Part shown: positions 28,282 through 38,200 of the stretch, in pieces
Layout: each line of letters begins with the position of its first letter
How positions within the stretch are numbered: the stretch's first letter is position 1
From: Planctomycetaceae bacterium
Lineage (GTDB): Bacteria; Planctomycetota; Planctomycetia; Pirellulales; UBA1268
Assembly (NCBI GenBank): GCA_005773625.1
Contig: SXHR01000117.1
Coordinates: forward strand, 1-48,166
Reading direction: 5' to 3'
Length of the DNA: 48,166 nucleotides
Position numbers and translations under genes: made by a program
Notes under the pieces: generated by a model
Told to the model about the DNA's origin: nothing
Database searches by the model: none
What the model saw: only the letters and a program-made list of their open reading frames with translations

Positions 28282-28551
28282 ATGAACACGGCGATCGGAC
28301 TTCTGGAGACCAAGGGACTCGTGGGCCTGATCGAGGCCACCGACGCGATGGCCAAGGCGGCCAACGTGAAGATCCTCAAGCGGGTGAGCATCGGCAACGC
28401 CTACGTGGCGACGGTCGTGCAGGGTGATGTGGGCAGCGTGCGTGCGGCCGTCGAGGCCGGTGCCAATGCTGCCCAGCAGGTCGGCGAACTCATCGCCAGC
28501 CATGTGATTCCGCGTCCGGCAGAGACCCTCGTGGCCTCGTTCTTCGCCTGA
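28282..28551 (+). CDS. BMC-H shell protein, second paralog
   Basis: 'AIGLLETKGLVGLIEATDAMAKAANVKIL...YVATVVQGDVGSVRAAVEAG...SHVIPRPAETL'. ATG at 28282. Confidence 0.9.
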   Translation: MNTAIGLLETKGLVGLIEATDAMAKAANVKILKRVSIGNAYVATVVQGDVGSVRAAVEAGANAAQQVGELIASHVIPRPAETLVASFFA

Positions 28552-28634
28552 TGCACTTTCTCAATGACGGATCGACGGCCCCCGCCCCAGGCATGCCAGG
28601 AGCGCACGCGTAGGAAACGCGCACGGTTTCAACC

Positions 28635-29894
28635 ATGAAAATCCTCGTCGCCAATCTCGGGTCCACCAGCTTCAAGTACCGGCTCTTCGACCTGCCCGAA
28701 AGGGCGGGCGAATCCGGTGCCGAGCGGGAACTGGCCCGAGGTGCCGTTGATCGCATCGGAGCGGCCGAGAGCCGTGTCTCTTCGATGGCCGGGAATCGGG
28801 CGGTCGAGGCGGTGATGCCGGTGCCCGATCATGCCGTCGCCCTGCAGGCGGCGCTCGAGCAACTGACAGCCGAGGGGGGGCCGCTGACGAGCGTGGATGA
28901 GGTGGCGGCGGTGGGCTTCAAGGCCGTGCACGGCGGCCGCGTCAGCGGCGTCGTGCGGGTCGGCCCGGATGTCCTCGCCGCCATGGAGGAGATGGCGGCC
29001 GTGGCCCCGGCCCACAACCCGCCGTATGTGCGGGCGATGCGGCTGCTCGGGGAACGGATGCCGGGCGTGCCGTTGATCGCGGCGTTCGAGACGGGGTTTC
29101 ACGCGACCATCCCCGACAGAAACGCCCTCTACGCGGTGCCGACCGACTGGGTCGAGAAGCATCGCGTGCGGCGGTGGGGCTTCCACGGGGCGAGTCATCG
29201 CTTCGTGGCGGAACGGTTGGGGGCCCTCGTGCCCCGATCCGGCGCCCCCCTGGGGCCGTCCGCGAAACCCCTGCGGGCGATCTCCTGCCATCTGGGCGGG
29301 TCGAGCAGCGTCTGCTGGATCCGGGACGGCAGGAGCGTGGGAACCTCGATGGGGATGAGTCCGCAGTCGGGTCTTCCCCAGAACAACCGGGCCGGCGACT
29401 TCGATCCCTTCGCGCTGCTCCACGTGGCGAAGCACACGGGTCGCGGATTCGAGGAGCTGCTTGCCGAGCTTTCGGGCAAAGCCGGCCTGGCCGGCATGTC
29501 GGGGACATCGGGCGACATGCGGGACCTCGAGCAGGCGGCCGCGGAGGGCAACGAGCGGGCCCGCACCGCGATCGACGTCTACGTGGCGTCGATCCGGCAC
29601 TGGCTGGGCGGGGGCATCGTGGAACTCGGCGGCCTCGACGCCATCGGCTTCGCGGGGGGCATCGGTGAAAACTCGCCGCTCACGCGGACCGAGGTGCTCG
29701 CCGGGCTCGAGGATCTCGGGATCGTGATCGACCCGGTGAAGAACGACGCGAAGGCCTCCGGTGAGCGGTCGATCCATGCCGCCTCCTCACGGGTCGCCGT
29801 CTGGGTGATTCCCACGAATGAAGAGCTCATCGTCGCGCGGCAGGCACGTGACCTGCTGGTTGACGTCGCATCCAAGAACGGGAAAGGTGCCTGA
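28635..29894 (+). CDS. ackA: acetate/propionate kinase family
   Basis: 'MKILVANLGSTSFKYRLFD', 'VHGG', 'RRWGFHGASH', 'ISCHLGGSSS', 'GFAGGIGENS', 'IPTNEELIVARQA'. Confidence 0.9.
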   Translation: MKILVANLGSTSFKYRLFDLPERAGESGAERELARGAVDRIGAAESRVSSMAGNRAVEAVMPVPDHAVALQAALEQLTAEGGPLTSVDEVAAVGFKAVHGGRVSGVVRVGPDVLAAMEEMAAVAPAHNPPYVRAMRLLGERMPGVPLIAAFETGFHATIPDRNALYAVPTDWVEKHRVRRWGFHGASHRFVAERLGALVPRSGAPLGPSAKPLRAISCHLGGSSSVCWIRDGRSVGTSMGMSPQSGLPQNNRAGDFDPFALLHVAKHTGRGFEELLAELSGKAGLAGMSGTSGDMRDLEQAAAEGNERARTAIDVYVASIRHWLGGGIVELGGLDAIGFAGGIGENSPLTRTEVLAGLEDLGIVIDPVKNDAKASGERSIHAASSRVAVWVIPTNEELIVARQARDLLVDVASKNGKGA

Positions 29895-30202
29895 TGTTCG
29901 TCGCCCTGGTGACCGGCTCCGTGGTGGCCACGCAGAAAACCGCTTCGATGACCGGCCACAGGCTGCTCGTCGTCGAGCCCTACCGTCTTGACGAGAAAAC
30001 ACGGACCCAACTCGTCTCGACGGGACGCACCTTCATCGCCGTCGACACGCTCGGGGCCGGCGAGGGGCAGTTCGTGCTCGTCACGCAGGGCTCGAGCGCC
30101 CGTCTGACCCCCGAAACCAAGTCTCTTCCGATCGACGCGGTGGTGATCGGCCTGATCGACACCGTTCGCGTCGAGGGCACCGAAGTCTTCAGCAGAAAGT
30201 AA
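29894..30202 (+). CDS. BMC-P vertex protein (EutN/CcmL family), paralog 1
   Basis: '[15 protein letters not shown]...GHRLLVVEP...[23 protein letters not shown]...[11 protein letters not shown]'. Start overlaps the ackA stop (TGATG). Confidence 0.9.
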   Translation: MFVALVTGSVVATQKTASMTGHRLLVVEPYRLDEKTRTQLVSTGRTFIAVDTLGAGEGQFVLVTQGSSARLTPETKSLPIDAVVIGLIDTVRVEGTEVFSRK

Positions 30203-30215
30203 TGGAACCCAACCC

Positions 30216-31703
30216 ATGAGCACCGCCTCGGCCCCCGACATCGCCGCCATTGTCCGCCAGGTGATCGCAGAGATCGCCGGCAACAACGCCCGGCCAGCCC
30301 CCGCCACCGCCCCGGCTCCGGCCCCGGCCGCCTCCGGCTCACTGACCGGCGCCAACGGCGTCTTCGGCGGCGTCGATGAGGCCGTCCGCGCGGCCACCGA
30401 AGCCTTCGAGCAGCTCGAGAGGCTCGGCGTCGAGGGCCGCCGCAGGGCGATCTCCCACGTGCGGCGGATCGCGATCGACGACGCCGAGGAACTCGGCCGC
30501 ATGGAGTTTGCCGAGACGAAGATCGGCCGACTCGACCACAAGATCGGCAAGCTCAAGGTGCTCGGCGAAAAGGTTCCGGGCGTGGAGTTCATGCAGAGCG
30601 AGGTGTTCAGCGGGGACCACGGGCTGGCGGTGATCGAGCACGCCCCGTTCGGCGTCATCGGCGCGATCACCCCCGTCACCCACTCGCTCCCCACGATCGC
30701 CTGCAACGCGATCAACATGATCGCCGGCGGCAACACCGTGGTGGTCAATCCGCACCCGAGCGGCCGGAAGGTGGCGGCGGAGGGCGTGCGCCGGTTCAAC
30801 GCGGCGATCCACCGCGACATCGGCATCGACAACCTGATCTCGCTCGTCGCCGAGCCCTCGCTCGAATCGGCCGGCGCGCTCTTCAATCACCGCGGGGTGA
30901 AGCTGATCTGCGTGACCGGCGGCCCCGCGGTGGCCAGGGCGGCGCTCCAGTCGAGCAAGCGGGCGATCGTGGCCGGCCCCGGCAATCCGCCGGTGGTCGT
31001 GGACGAGACCGCGGACCTCGACAACGCGGCCCGGTCGATCATCGCGGGCGCGGCCTTCGACAACAACCTGCTCTGCATCGGCGAGAAGCAGGTCTTCGTG
31101 GTGGCGGGGGTTTTCGACAGGATGATGGCCGCGATGGAGCGGGCCGGCGGGCTGCGGCTCAATGCGTCGCAGGTCGACGCGCTCACGAAGCGGGCCATCG
31201 TGATGACCGGCGAGGGCACGCACCGTCACTGGGTGCCCTGCAAGGATCTCCTCGGCCAGGATGCGTCGCTGCTCGCCCAGGCGGCCGGGGCGACGGGTCG
31301 CGACGGGCTCGAGCTCGTGTTCGGTGAGACCGACAACGACAACCCCTTCGTGCCGACCGAGCAGATGATGCCCTTCCTGCCGTTCGTTCGCTGCAAGGAC
31401 GCCGACGAGGCGATCCGCCTGGCGTACGAGAGCGAGCACGGCTTCCGCCACACGGCGATCATCCACTCCAACGACGTCCGCACGATGACGACGATGGGCC
31501 GGCTCCTCGACACGACGCTGTTCGTCAAGAACGGCCCGAGCGTCGCGGGCCTCGGCCTCGGTGGCGAGGGCTACCTCTCGTTCTCGATCGCCACGCCGAC
31601 CGGTGAGGGCGTCACCACGCCGCTCACGTTCACCCGGCAGCGGCGTTGCACGCTCGTCGACGACCTGCGGATCCTCGGCAGCCCGGCGGCCGTTCGCTCT
31701 TGA
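30216..31703 (+). CDS. CoA-acylating aldehyde dehydrogenase (PduP/EutE-like) with N-terminal encapsulation-peptide-like helix
   Basis: N-terminus '[17 protein letters not shown]' + Ala/Pro linker. '[16 protein letters not shown]', 'NPHPSG', 'AGPGNPP', '[11 protein letters not shown]' (catalytic Cys context), 'HTAIIHS'. Confidence 0.9.
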   Translation: MSTASAPDIAAIVRQVIAEIAGNNARPAPATAPAPAPAASGSLTGANGVFGGVDEAVRAATEAFEQLERLGVEGRRRAISHVRRIAIDDAEELGRMEFAETKIGRLDHKIGKLKVLGEKVPGVEFMQSEVFSGDHGLAVIEHAPFGVIGAITPVTHSLPTIACNAINMIAGGNTVVVNPHPSGRKVAAEGVRRFNAAIHRDIGIDNLISLVAEPSLESAGALFNHRGVKLICVTGGPAVARAALQSSKRAIVAGPGNPPVVVDETADLDNAARSIIAGAAFDNNLLCIGEKQVFVVAGVFDRMMAAMERAGGLRLNASQVDALTKRAIVMTGEGTHRHWVPCKDLLGQDASLLAQAAGATGRDGLELVFGETDNDNPFVPTEQMMPFLPFVRCKDADEAIRLAYESEHGFRHTAIIHSNDVRTMTTMGRLLDTTLFVKNGPSVAGLGLGGEGYLSFSIATPTGEGVTTPLTFTRQRRCTLVDDLRILGSPAAVRS

Positions 31704-31709
31704 TCGATT

Positions 31710-31733
31710 GGTTTCCCGACCGGTTTCCCGACC
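31710..31733 (+). repeat. perfect tandem 12-mer (GGTTTCCCGACC x2) inside a C-rich leader with five CCGACC motifs
   Basis: Copies at 31710..31721 and 31722..31733, flanked by CGATTG on both sides. CCGACC occurs 5 times between 31704 and 31790. Confidence 0.85.
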
Positions 31734-31790
31734 GATTGCCTCCCCCGATTCAGACCACCGACCGCACCTCCGACCCCGACCCTCACCTCC

Positions 31791-32054
31791 ATGCAACTGG
31801 CCCGGATCATCGGCACGGCGACGGCGACGGTAAAGCACCGCTCGCTCAACGGCACGCGCATGCTCGTCGTCCAGCCGCTCCTCGCCGATCGCCGCTCGCC
31901 CGACGGCGACCCCCAGATCGCCATCGACACCCTGGGTGCGGCGGTCGGCGACACGGTCGTGATCACGAGCGATGGCCGGCTGCTCCGGGACCTTCTCAAG
32001 AGCGATGCGACACCGGCCCGCTGGAGCACCCTGGCCCTGGTTGACAACCGATGA
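31791..32054 (+). CDS. BMC-P vertex protein (EutN/CcmL family), paralog 2
   Basis: 'MQLARIIGTATATVKHRSLNGTRMLVVQPL...IAIDTLGAAVGDTVVITSDG'. Confidence 0.85.
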   Translation: MQLARIIGTATATVKHRSLNGTRMLVVQPLLADRRSPDGDPQIAIDTLGAAVGDTVVITSDGRLLRDLLKSDATPARWSTLALVDNR

Positions 32055-32818
32055 ACACGTCCCCACTCGACGCAACCGCCGTGCAAGCCCTCGTCGCCGA
32101 GGTGATCCGTCGCATCGGCGCGGCGCAATCCCCTCCGCATCGGACACCGGCTGCGAGCCCGGCCCCGAACGGGGCGGCCGTCGCCCCGCCGGCCGCCGCC
32201 GCCAATCCGGGCTTCACGATCACCGAACGGGTGGTCACGCTCGCCCTGCTGGAGCGGATTCCTCCGGGAGTGAGCCGGGTCGCCATCCATGCCGCCGCGG
32301 TGATCACGCCCTCCGCCCGCGATCATGCGCGGGATGCGGGCATCGAGCTGGCCCGCGGTTTGGGGGCCACGCCGGCCGCGTCTGCCGGCCGGCCCTTCAT
32401 CATCGCCCAGGCGGCCTGCCGCGGTGACGCCTCCGGCCGCGCCGCGGCCATCGCCCGGGCCGTTCCCCACGCCCAGCACCTCCCCTCGTCGGGGCTCACC
32501 GACGTGATCGCGGCCCTGGCCGGACACGCCTCGAAGGACGGTGCCGTGGGCGTGCTGCTGACGGGCAGGCCGGCGGTGGCCGTGATCCTCGCCAACCGGT
32601 CGTCCAGCCTGCGGGCGGTGACGGCCCGCGATGCCGCCGGACTCGCCGCCGCGGCCGGCGAGACCGCTGCCAACCTGCTCGTGGTCGATCCGGCCGCCTT
32701 CCCGGCCGCGGCGCTCGAGCGGATCTGCGCCGACCTGCACCGCACCCCGGCGGCTTCCCTGCCGGAGGAACTCGCCGCCGCCCCCGCGGGCTGCGGCTGC
32801 AAGGGCCACACGCACTGA
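32051..32818 (+). CDS. microcompartment-associated protein of unknown function (N-terminal encapsulation-peptide-like helix, Ala/Pro linker, C-terminal globular part)
   Basis: ATG overlaps the stop of the preceding BMC-P gene (ATGA). 'DATAVQALVAEVIRRIGAA' then 'SPPHRTPAASPAPNGAAVAPPAAAANP'. Later 'GVLLTGRPAVAVILANRSSSLRAVTARD...ANLLVVD'. No enzyme motif recognised. Confidence 0.55.
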   Translation: MNTSPLDATAVQALVAEVIRRIGAAQSPPHRTPAASPAPNGAAVAPPAAAANPGFTITERVVTLALLERIPPGVSRVAIHAAAVITPSARDHARDAGIELARGLGATPAASAGRPFIIAQAACRGDASGRAAAIARAVPHAQHLPSSGLTDVIAALAGHASKDGAVGVLLTGRPAVAVILANRSSSLRAVTARDAAGLAAAAGETAANLLVVDPAAFPAAALERICADLHRTPAASLPEELAAAPAGCGCKGHTH

Positions 32819-32889
32819 CCGCCGACCACCCCCCTGCTCCAGACAGCGTCGACAGAACGCCGACAAAAACACGTCAGAACCAGAACATC

Positions 32890-33171
32890 ATGCGACTCGG
32901 CAAGACCATCGGTACGGTGACGCTCGTCGAACCCCATCCCACGATGCGGGGCGGGGTGCTGCGGCTCGTCGTGCCGCTGGCCACGAGCGACCTCGCCGCC
33001 GGTGACGGCCCGGCCGAGCCGCTCGTCGCCTGGGACGACCTCGGTGCCGGCGACGGCCAGCTCGTCGCCTTCAGCGAGGGGGGCGAAGCGGCCCAGCCGT
33101 TCCGTCCCGACGACAAGCCCGTGGACGCCTACATCGCCGCCCTCATCGACCGCCTCGACACCCCGTCATGA
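32890..33171 (+). CDS. BMC-P vertex protein (EutN/CcmL family), paralog 3
   Basis: 'MRLGKTIGTVTLVEPHPTMRGGVLRLVVPL...VAWDDLGAGDGQLVAFSEGGEA...PVDAYIAALID'. Confidence 0.85.
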   Translation: MRLGKTIGTVTLVEPHPTMRGGVLRLVVPLATSDLAAGDGPAEPLVAWDDLGAGDGQLVAFSEGGEAAQPFRPDDKPVDAYIAALIDRLDTPS

Positions 33172-33338
33172 CCGCCACGACCCGCACCACCGGCAGCCAC
33201 GACCCAGCCCGACGGGATTTCGCGACCCGCAGGGCGACCGCGACCGTCAACGTGGGCAAGAATCGTCAGGAAGCGCACATCGCAGCCACCCCCCGACACA
33301 CTCGACTCGACTGACCACCGCCACAAGAAGGAGCATCC

Positions 33339-34241
33339 ATGGCAACCATCGCCCCGAAGACCACCGACAAGTCCCTCTCCCAGCTCAAGGAGGAGATCTG
33401 CGACATCGGTCGGCGGATCTACAACAAGGGCTTCGCCGCCGGCAACGACGGCAACATCTCCTTCCGGCTCGGACCCAACGAGGTGCTCTGCACCCCGACC
33501 ATGATCTCGAAGGGCTTCATGAAGCCCTCCGATCTCTGCATCGTGGACATGGAGGGCAACCAGATCGGCGGCAACCGCAAGCGGTCGAGCGAGATCCTCC
33601 TGCATCTCACGATCATGAAGGAGCGGCCCGAGATCAAGTCGGTCGTCCACTGCCACCCGCCGCATGCCACCGCCTTCGCCGTGGCCCGTGAGCCGATTCC
33701 GCAGTGCGTCCTCCCCGAGGTCGAGGTGTTTCTCGGCGACGTGCCGATCACCCGCTACGAGACCCCCGGCGGCCAGAAGTTCGCCGACACCGTCAAGCCG
33801 TTCGTGAAGCAGGCCAACGTCGTGATCCTCGCCAACCACGGCACCGTCAGCTTCGGTGAGACGGTCGAGAAGGCCTACTGGTGGACGGAGATTCTCGACG
33901 CCTACTGCCGCATCCTCATGCTCTCCAAGGATCTCGGCCGGGTGACCTACCTGACCAAGCAGGAGACGAAGGAACTGCTCGACCTCAAGGCCAAGTGGGG
34001 CTACACCGATCCGCGGCTCGAAAAGAACATGGAGAACTGCGACATCTGTGCCAACGACGTCTTCCGCGCCAGTTGGGGCACGACCGGCGTGGCCCGCAAG
34101 GCCTTCGACGCCCCCCACCCGATGGGCGCCGATCCGGAGAACGCCACCCGTCCGATCACCCCGGCCGGGCTCGACACCGAGTCGCTCGTGAAGATCGTCA
34201 CGGAACAGGTCTGCAAGCAACTGGGCATCGCGGCGGCCTGA
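33339..34241 (+). CDS. class II aldolase (fuculose-/rhamnulose-1-phosphate aldolase family) with C-terminal extension
   Basis: 'GFAAGNDGNISFR', 'VVHCHPPHATAF' (metal His), 'ILANHGTVSFG'. About 80 extra C-terminal residues ending in the amphipathic 'DTESLVKIVTEQVCKQLGIAAA'. AAGGAG precedes the ATG. Confidence 0.9.
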   Translation: MATIAPKTTDKSLSQLKEEICDIGRRIYNKGFAAGNDGNISFRLGPNEVLCTPTMISKGFMKPSDLCIVDMEGNQIGGNRKRSSEILLHLTIMKERPEIKSVVHCHPPHATAFAVAREPIPQCVLPEVEVFLGDVPITRYETPGGQKFADTVKPFVKQANVVILANHGTVSFGETVEKAYWWTEILDAYCRILMLSKDLGRVTYLTKQETKELLDLKAKWGYTDPRLEKNMENCDICANDVFRASWGTTGVARKAFDAPHPMGADPENATRPITPAGLDTESLVKIVTEQVCKQLGIAAA

Positions 34242-34284
34242 CCCGCCCGCACAACGGCATCACCAGAAAAAGGAGCTCGAGAGC

Positions 34285-35217
34285 ATGAAGGTCGGCATCA
34301 TCGGCGGCGGCGGCATCGTGGGTTCTTCGGCGGGCTTCGCGCTCCAGCTGGGCGGTCTCGTCCACGAGATCGTGATCGTTGACGCCAATGCGGACCTCGC
34401 CGACGGCCAGGCGCTCGACATGATGCACGGCGCGCCTGCGATCGCCGACCAGGTGATCCACGCGGGCGGCTACGAGGCCCTCGCCGACGCCGACGTGATC
34501 TGCATCACGGCGGGCCTGCGGCGGAAGCCCGACGAGAGCCGGCTGGCGCTCATCAACCGCAACGTCGTGCTCTTCCGCTCGATTCTGGGCGAGATCAAGG
34601 CGAAGGGCATGCGGGCCGATGCGATCGTGCTGGTGGTGTCCAACCCCGTCGACATCCTCACCTACCTCGCAGAGAAGGAACTGAACCTGCCGAAGGGCCG
34701 CGTGATCGGCCTCGGCACGCTGCTCGACACCCTCCGGTTCCGCAGCCTCCTCGCCATGAACCTCCAGGCTCCCGCCACGCAGGTGCAGGCGATGATTCTG
34801 GGCGAGCATGGCGACAGCATGGTGCCCGTCTGGAGCAGCGCCAGCGTCGCCGGCCTGCCGCTCGAAAAGTATCCGGGCTACACGCAGAAACTCGGCGCGG
34901 ATGTCTTCCAGCGTGCGAAGACATCGGGCGCCGAGATGATCAAGAAGAAGACCGGCGCGGGATTCGCGGTGGGCGTCTCGATCGCCGAGGTGATCCATGC
35001 GATCACGCTCGACGCGAAGCGGGTGCTCCCGGTCTCGACCGTCCAGACCGGCTGCTACGGCATCCGCGACGTGGCTCTCTCCGTGCCGACCATCGTGGGC
35101 CGCGCCGGGGCCGAGAAAACGCTCGAAATCGACCTCTGGCCGAAAGAGGTGCAGGGGCTCAAGGCCAGCGCCGGCGTCCTGCAGAAAACGCTCGGCGACG
35201 TGCTCGCTTCGGTCTGA
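34285..35217 (+). CDS. L-lactate/malate dehydrogenase family oxidoreductase
   Basis: 'MKVGIIGGGGIVGSS' Rossmann motif, 'ITAGLRRKPDESRLALINRN', 'VVSNPVDIL', 'GEHGDSMVPVWS'. Arg sits before the KP of the substrate loop. Confidence 0.88.
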   Translation: MKVGIIGGGGIVGSSAGFALQLGGLVHEIVIVDANADLADGQALDMMHGAPAIADQVIHAGGYEALADADVICITAGLRRKPDESRLALINRNVVLFRSILGEIKAKGMRADAIVLVVSNPVDILTYLAEKELNLPKGRVIGLGTLLDTLRFRSLLAMNLQAPATQVQAMILGEHGDSMVPVWSSASVAGLPLEKYPGYTQKLGADVFQRAKTSGAEMIKKKTGAGFAVGVSIAEVIHAITLDAKRVLPVSTVQTGCYGIRDVALSVPTIVGRAGAEKTLEIDLWPKEVQGLKASAGVLQKTLGDVLASV

Positions 35218-35223
35218 CGCGGC

Positions 35224-38200
35224 CTACCGTTCGGCCGCGCGGAGCCTGGCGATCTCGGCGACCGCCACCCCCCAGATCCGCGCGGTGCCGTCCCACGACC
35301 CGGTGAACAGGCTTTTTCCGTCCGGCGCGAAGGCGATCCCCCACACCTGATCGCCGTGCCCGCGGAGCGCCGGAGTGGCCCGCCCGGTCGCGACGTCCCA
35401 GATCCGCGCCGTGCCGTCGGCCGACGCCGCCGCGATCCGCCGACCGTCGGGCGAGAAGGCCACCTTCCAGACCTGGTGGGCCGGCCCCGTCAGCACCCCC
35501 GCGGACATGCCGTCAGCCACGTGCCAGAGCCGCACCGCGCCGTCCGAACCCGCCGTCGCGAGGAGCGATCCGTCGGCTGAAAATGCCACCCAGTTGACCG
35601 GCCCCTCGTGCCCGCGGAACTGCCGCTGCTCCACGCCGTCGGCGACCCGCCAGAGTCGCGCGACACGGTCCTCGCAGGCCGTCGCCACGAGCGTGCCATC
35701 GGGGGAAAACGCCGCGCAGAAGGGCCGCCGTGGATGCTTCAGCGGCGGACCATGGGGGCGTGATGCCTTCAGGTCCCAGAGGCGGGCGGTCCGGTCGTCG
35801 GCGGCTGTCGCCATCAGCCGGCCGTCGGATGAGACGTCGATCGAGTAGATGCGGCGCTCGTGCTGCTCGATCGGGGCTTCCTGCTCGAGGTCGTCCAACG
35901 CCCAGATCCTCACCCCGCCATCGTCACAGCCGCCGGCCACGCGGCGGCCGTCGTCGAGGAAGCGAACGGCGCTCACGCGTCCCACGGCCCCGTCGAGCAA
36001 TCCCCTGGGCAGCAACGTCGCCGCGTCCCAGAGTCGGATGGTCGAGTCGGCCAGGCCGGTGGCCACGAGCCGACCGTCGGGCGAACAGCCCACGGCGAGC
36101 ACCTTGTCGCCGCAGGCCATCCTCGACGACACCGCGAAGTCGACGTCCCAGGTGCGGGCCGTTCCGTCGGCCGATCCGGTCGCCACGCTGCCGCTGCCGG
36201 GCACGCTGTCCACCGACCAGACCGCCGCCGAGTGCCCGCGCAGCCGTGCCACCTCGACGCCGCCCGACGTGCTCCAGACCCGCAGCACGCCGTCGCCCGA
36301 CGCCGTTGCGAGGCGGCCGCCGTCACCGACGAACGACAACGCGTTGACCCGGAACGGATGCCTGAGTTCGAGCCCCTGGCCGCCGTCGACCGCATTCCAG
36401 AGCCGGGCCGATCCGTCTTCGCTGGCCGTGGCGACCGTCCGCCCGTCGGGGGCGAACTCCACGTCGAACACCCGACCCCCGTGCCCCCTCAGGGTGCAGC
36501 GCACCTCGCCCCGTGCCACGTCCCAGACCCGGGCGGTGGCGTCGAGCGATCCGGTGGCGACCGCCCCGTCATCCGGCGAGAAACAGGCCGCGTAGACCGT
36601 GCCTTTGTGCCCCTCGAGTCGCCGACGTTCCTGCCCGGTCGCCACGTCCCAGATCCGGGCCGTTCCATCCCGCCCGCCGGTGACGAGCGAACGGCCGTCG
36701 TGGGAAAAACTCGCGGCGTAGACCCCGCGATCGTGCCCGGTGAACCGGCGGGCCAGCGTGCCATCGGCGGCGTTCCAGATTCGCACCTCGCCATCGGCGG
36801 CACCGGAAGCGATCCTCGCGCCATCGGGGGAGAAGTCGAGCGTCCACACGCAGCCGGCGTGGCCCGGGAGCACGAGTGCGTCGGCGGCCGGAGCCGATTC
36901 ATCGAGCGACTGCACCCGCAGGCTCCCGTCGGCCGAGCCCATGGCGATCCGGCCGCCATCCCCCGCCCACGCCACCGCAGTGACCGTCGTGCCGTTCCCC
37001 TCCAGCACCCTCAACGACTCGTCCAGCGAGGCCGCGACGCAGTCGAGCTCGATCGGCCGCGACGTGCCCGCATCACCCACGAGCCCCCGGGCCGCATCCA
37101 GCAGCCGCCGGGCTTCGCCCACGTTGTCGCGATCCCGCGCCTCGGCGGCCAGCAGCACGTTGGAACCATAGAGCTGGCTCCGCGCGAGGGCCGCCTGCCG
37201 CTCCGCCTCCGACTCGCGAAGTTCCGCGATCCGCCGGGCGTCGTCGGCGAGCGCCCGCTGCCGCTCGGAACGCAGGAAGAAGAAGGAGATGCCCGCCACG
37301 GCGGCGACGAGCGACAACAACACCCCCGCCGCCGCCAGCGAGGCCACGCGGTGGCGGCGGGCAAGACGCATCAGCGTCTCCCAGGAGGTCGGGGGCCGCG
37401 CCAGGATCGGCTCGCCGGCCAGCCAGCGATCGAGGTCAGCCTCCAGTTCGACCGCGGTGGAGTAACGATCCGCGGCCCGCTTCTCGAGGCACTTGCCCGT
37501 GATGGTCGCCAGCGTCCTGGCATCGATGCGGCCGAGCCGCCCGGCCCGGGCCGCCGACTCGACCGCGTCGAGCGGCACGCCGGCGGGGTCGCCGAGGATT
37601 CGCGCCACCTCGACGACCGACTTGCCGCTCACGTCGTAGGGCAGCGTTCCCGAGATCAGTTCGTGGAGCACGAGGCCCAGTGCGTACACGTCGGTGCGGG
37701 CATCGACGTCGCCCTCATCGACGCCGAACTGCTCGGGGCTCATGTACCGCAGCGTGCCGATGACGTCGCCCGCGCGGGTCATCGCCGTCGCCTCCCCCGG
37801 CTCCGCATCGATCGACCTGGCCACCCCGAAATCGATGACCTTCGGTTCCCCGTCGCCATCGACGAGCATGTTGCCCGGTTTGAGGTCGCGGTGAATCACC
37901 CCCTTGCGATGGCCGTGGGCCACCGCCCCGCAGATCTTCCGGAAGAGGAGCACGCGGTCGCGCATCGGCACCGCATGCATCCGCACGTGCTCGATGATCG
38001 TGCGGGCGTCCTCGACGAGTTCCATCACGAAAAAGGGAACGGTGCCGCTCGCATCCACATGGACGCCGAAGGTGTGGATCTGGGCGATGTTGGGATGCCG
38101 CAGCCGGGCCAGCACCTGCGCCTCGTATTCGAAACGTCGAGCGAGCGCCGCCGACGCCAGACCTCCCCGGATCACCTTCACCGCGACGCTCCGAACGGGC

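Noticed and set aside
30339-32147. 602-aa ORF on the minus strand spanning the aldehyde dehydrogenase and BMC-P genes
   Set aside because: The opposite-strand genes have clear family motifs and operon-like spacing. This frame has none.
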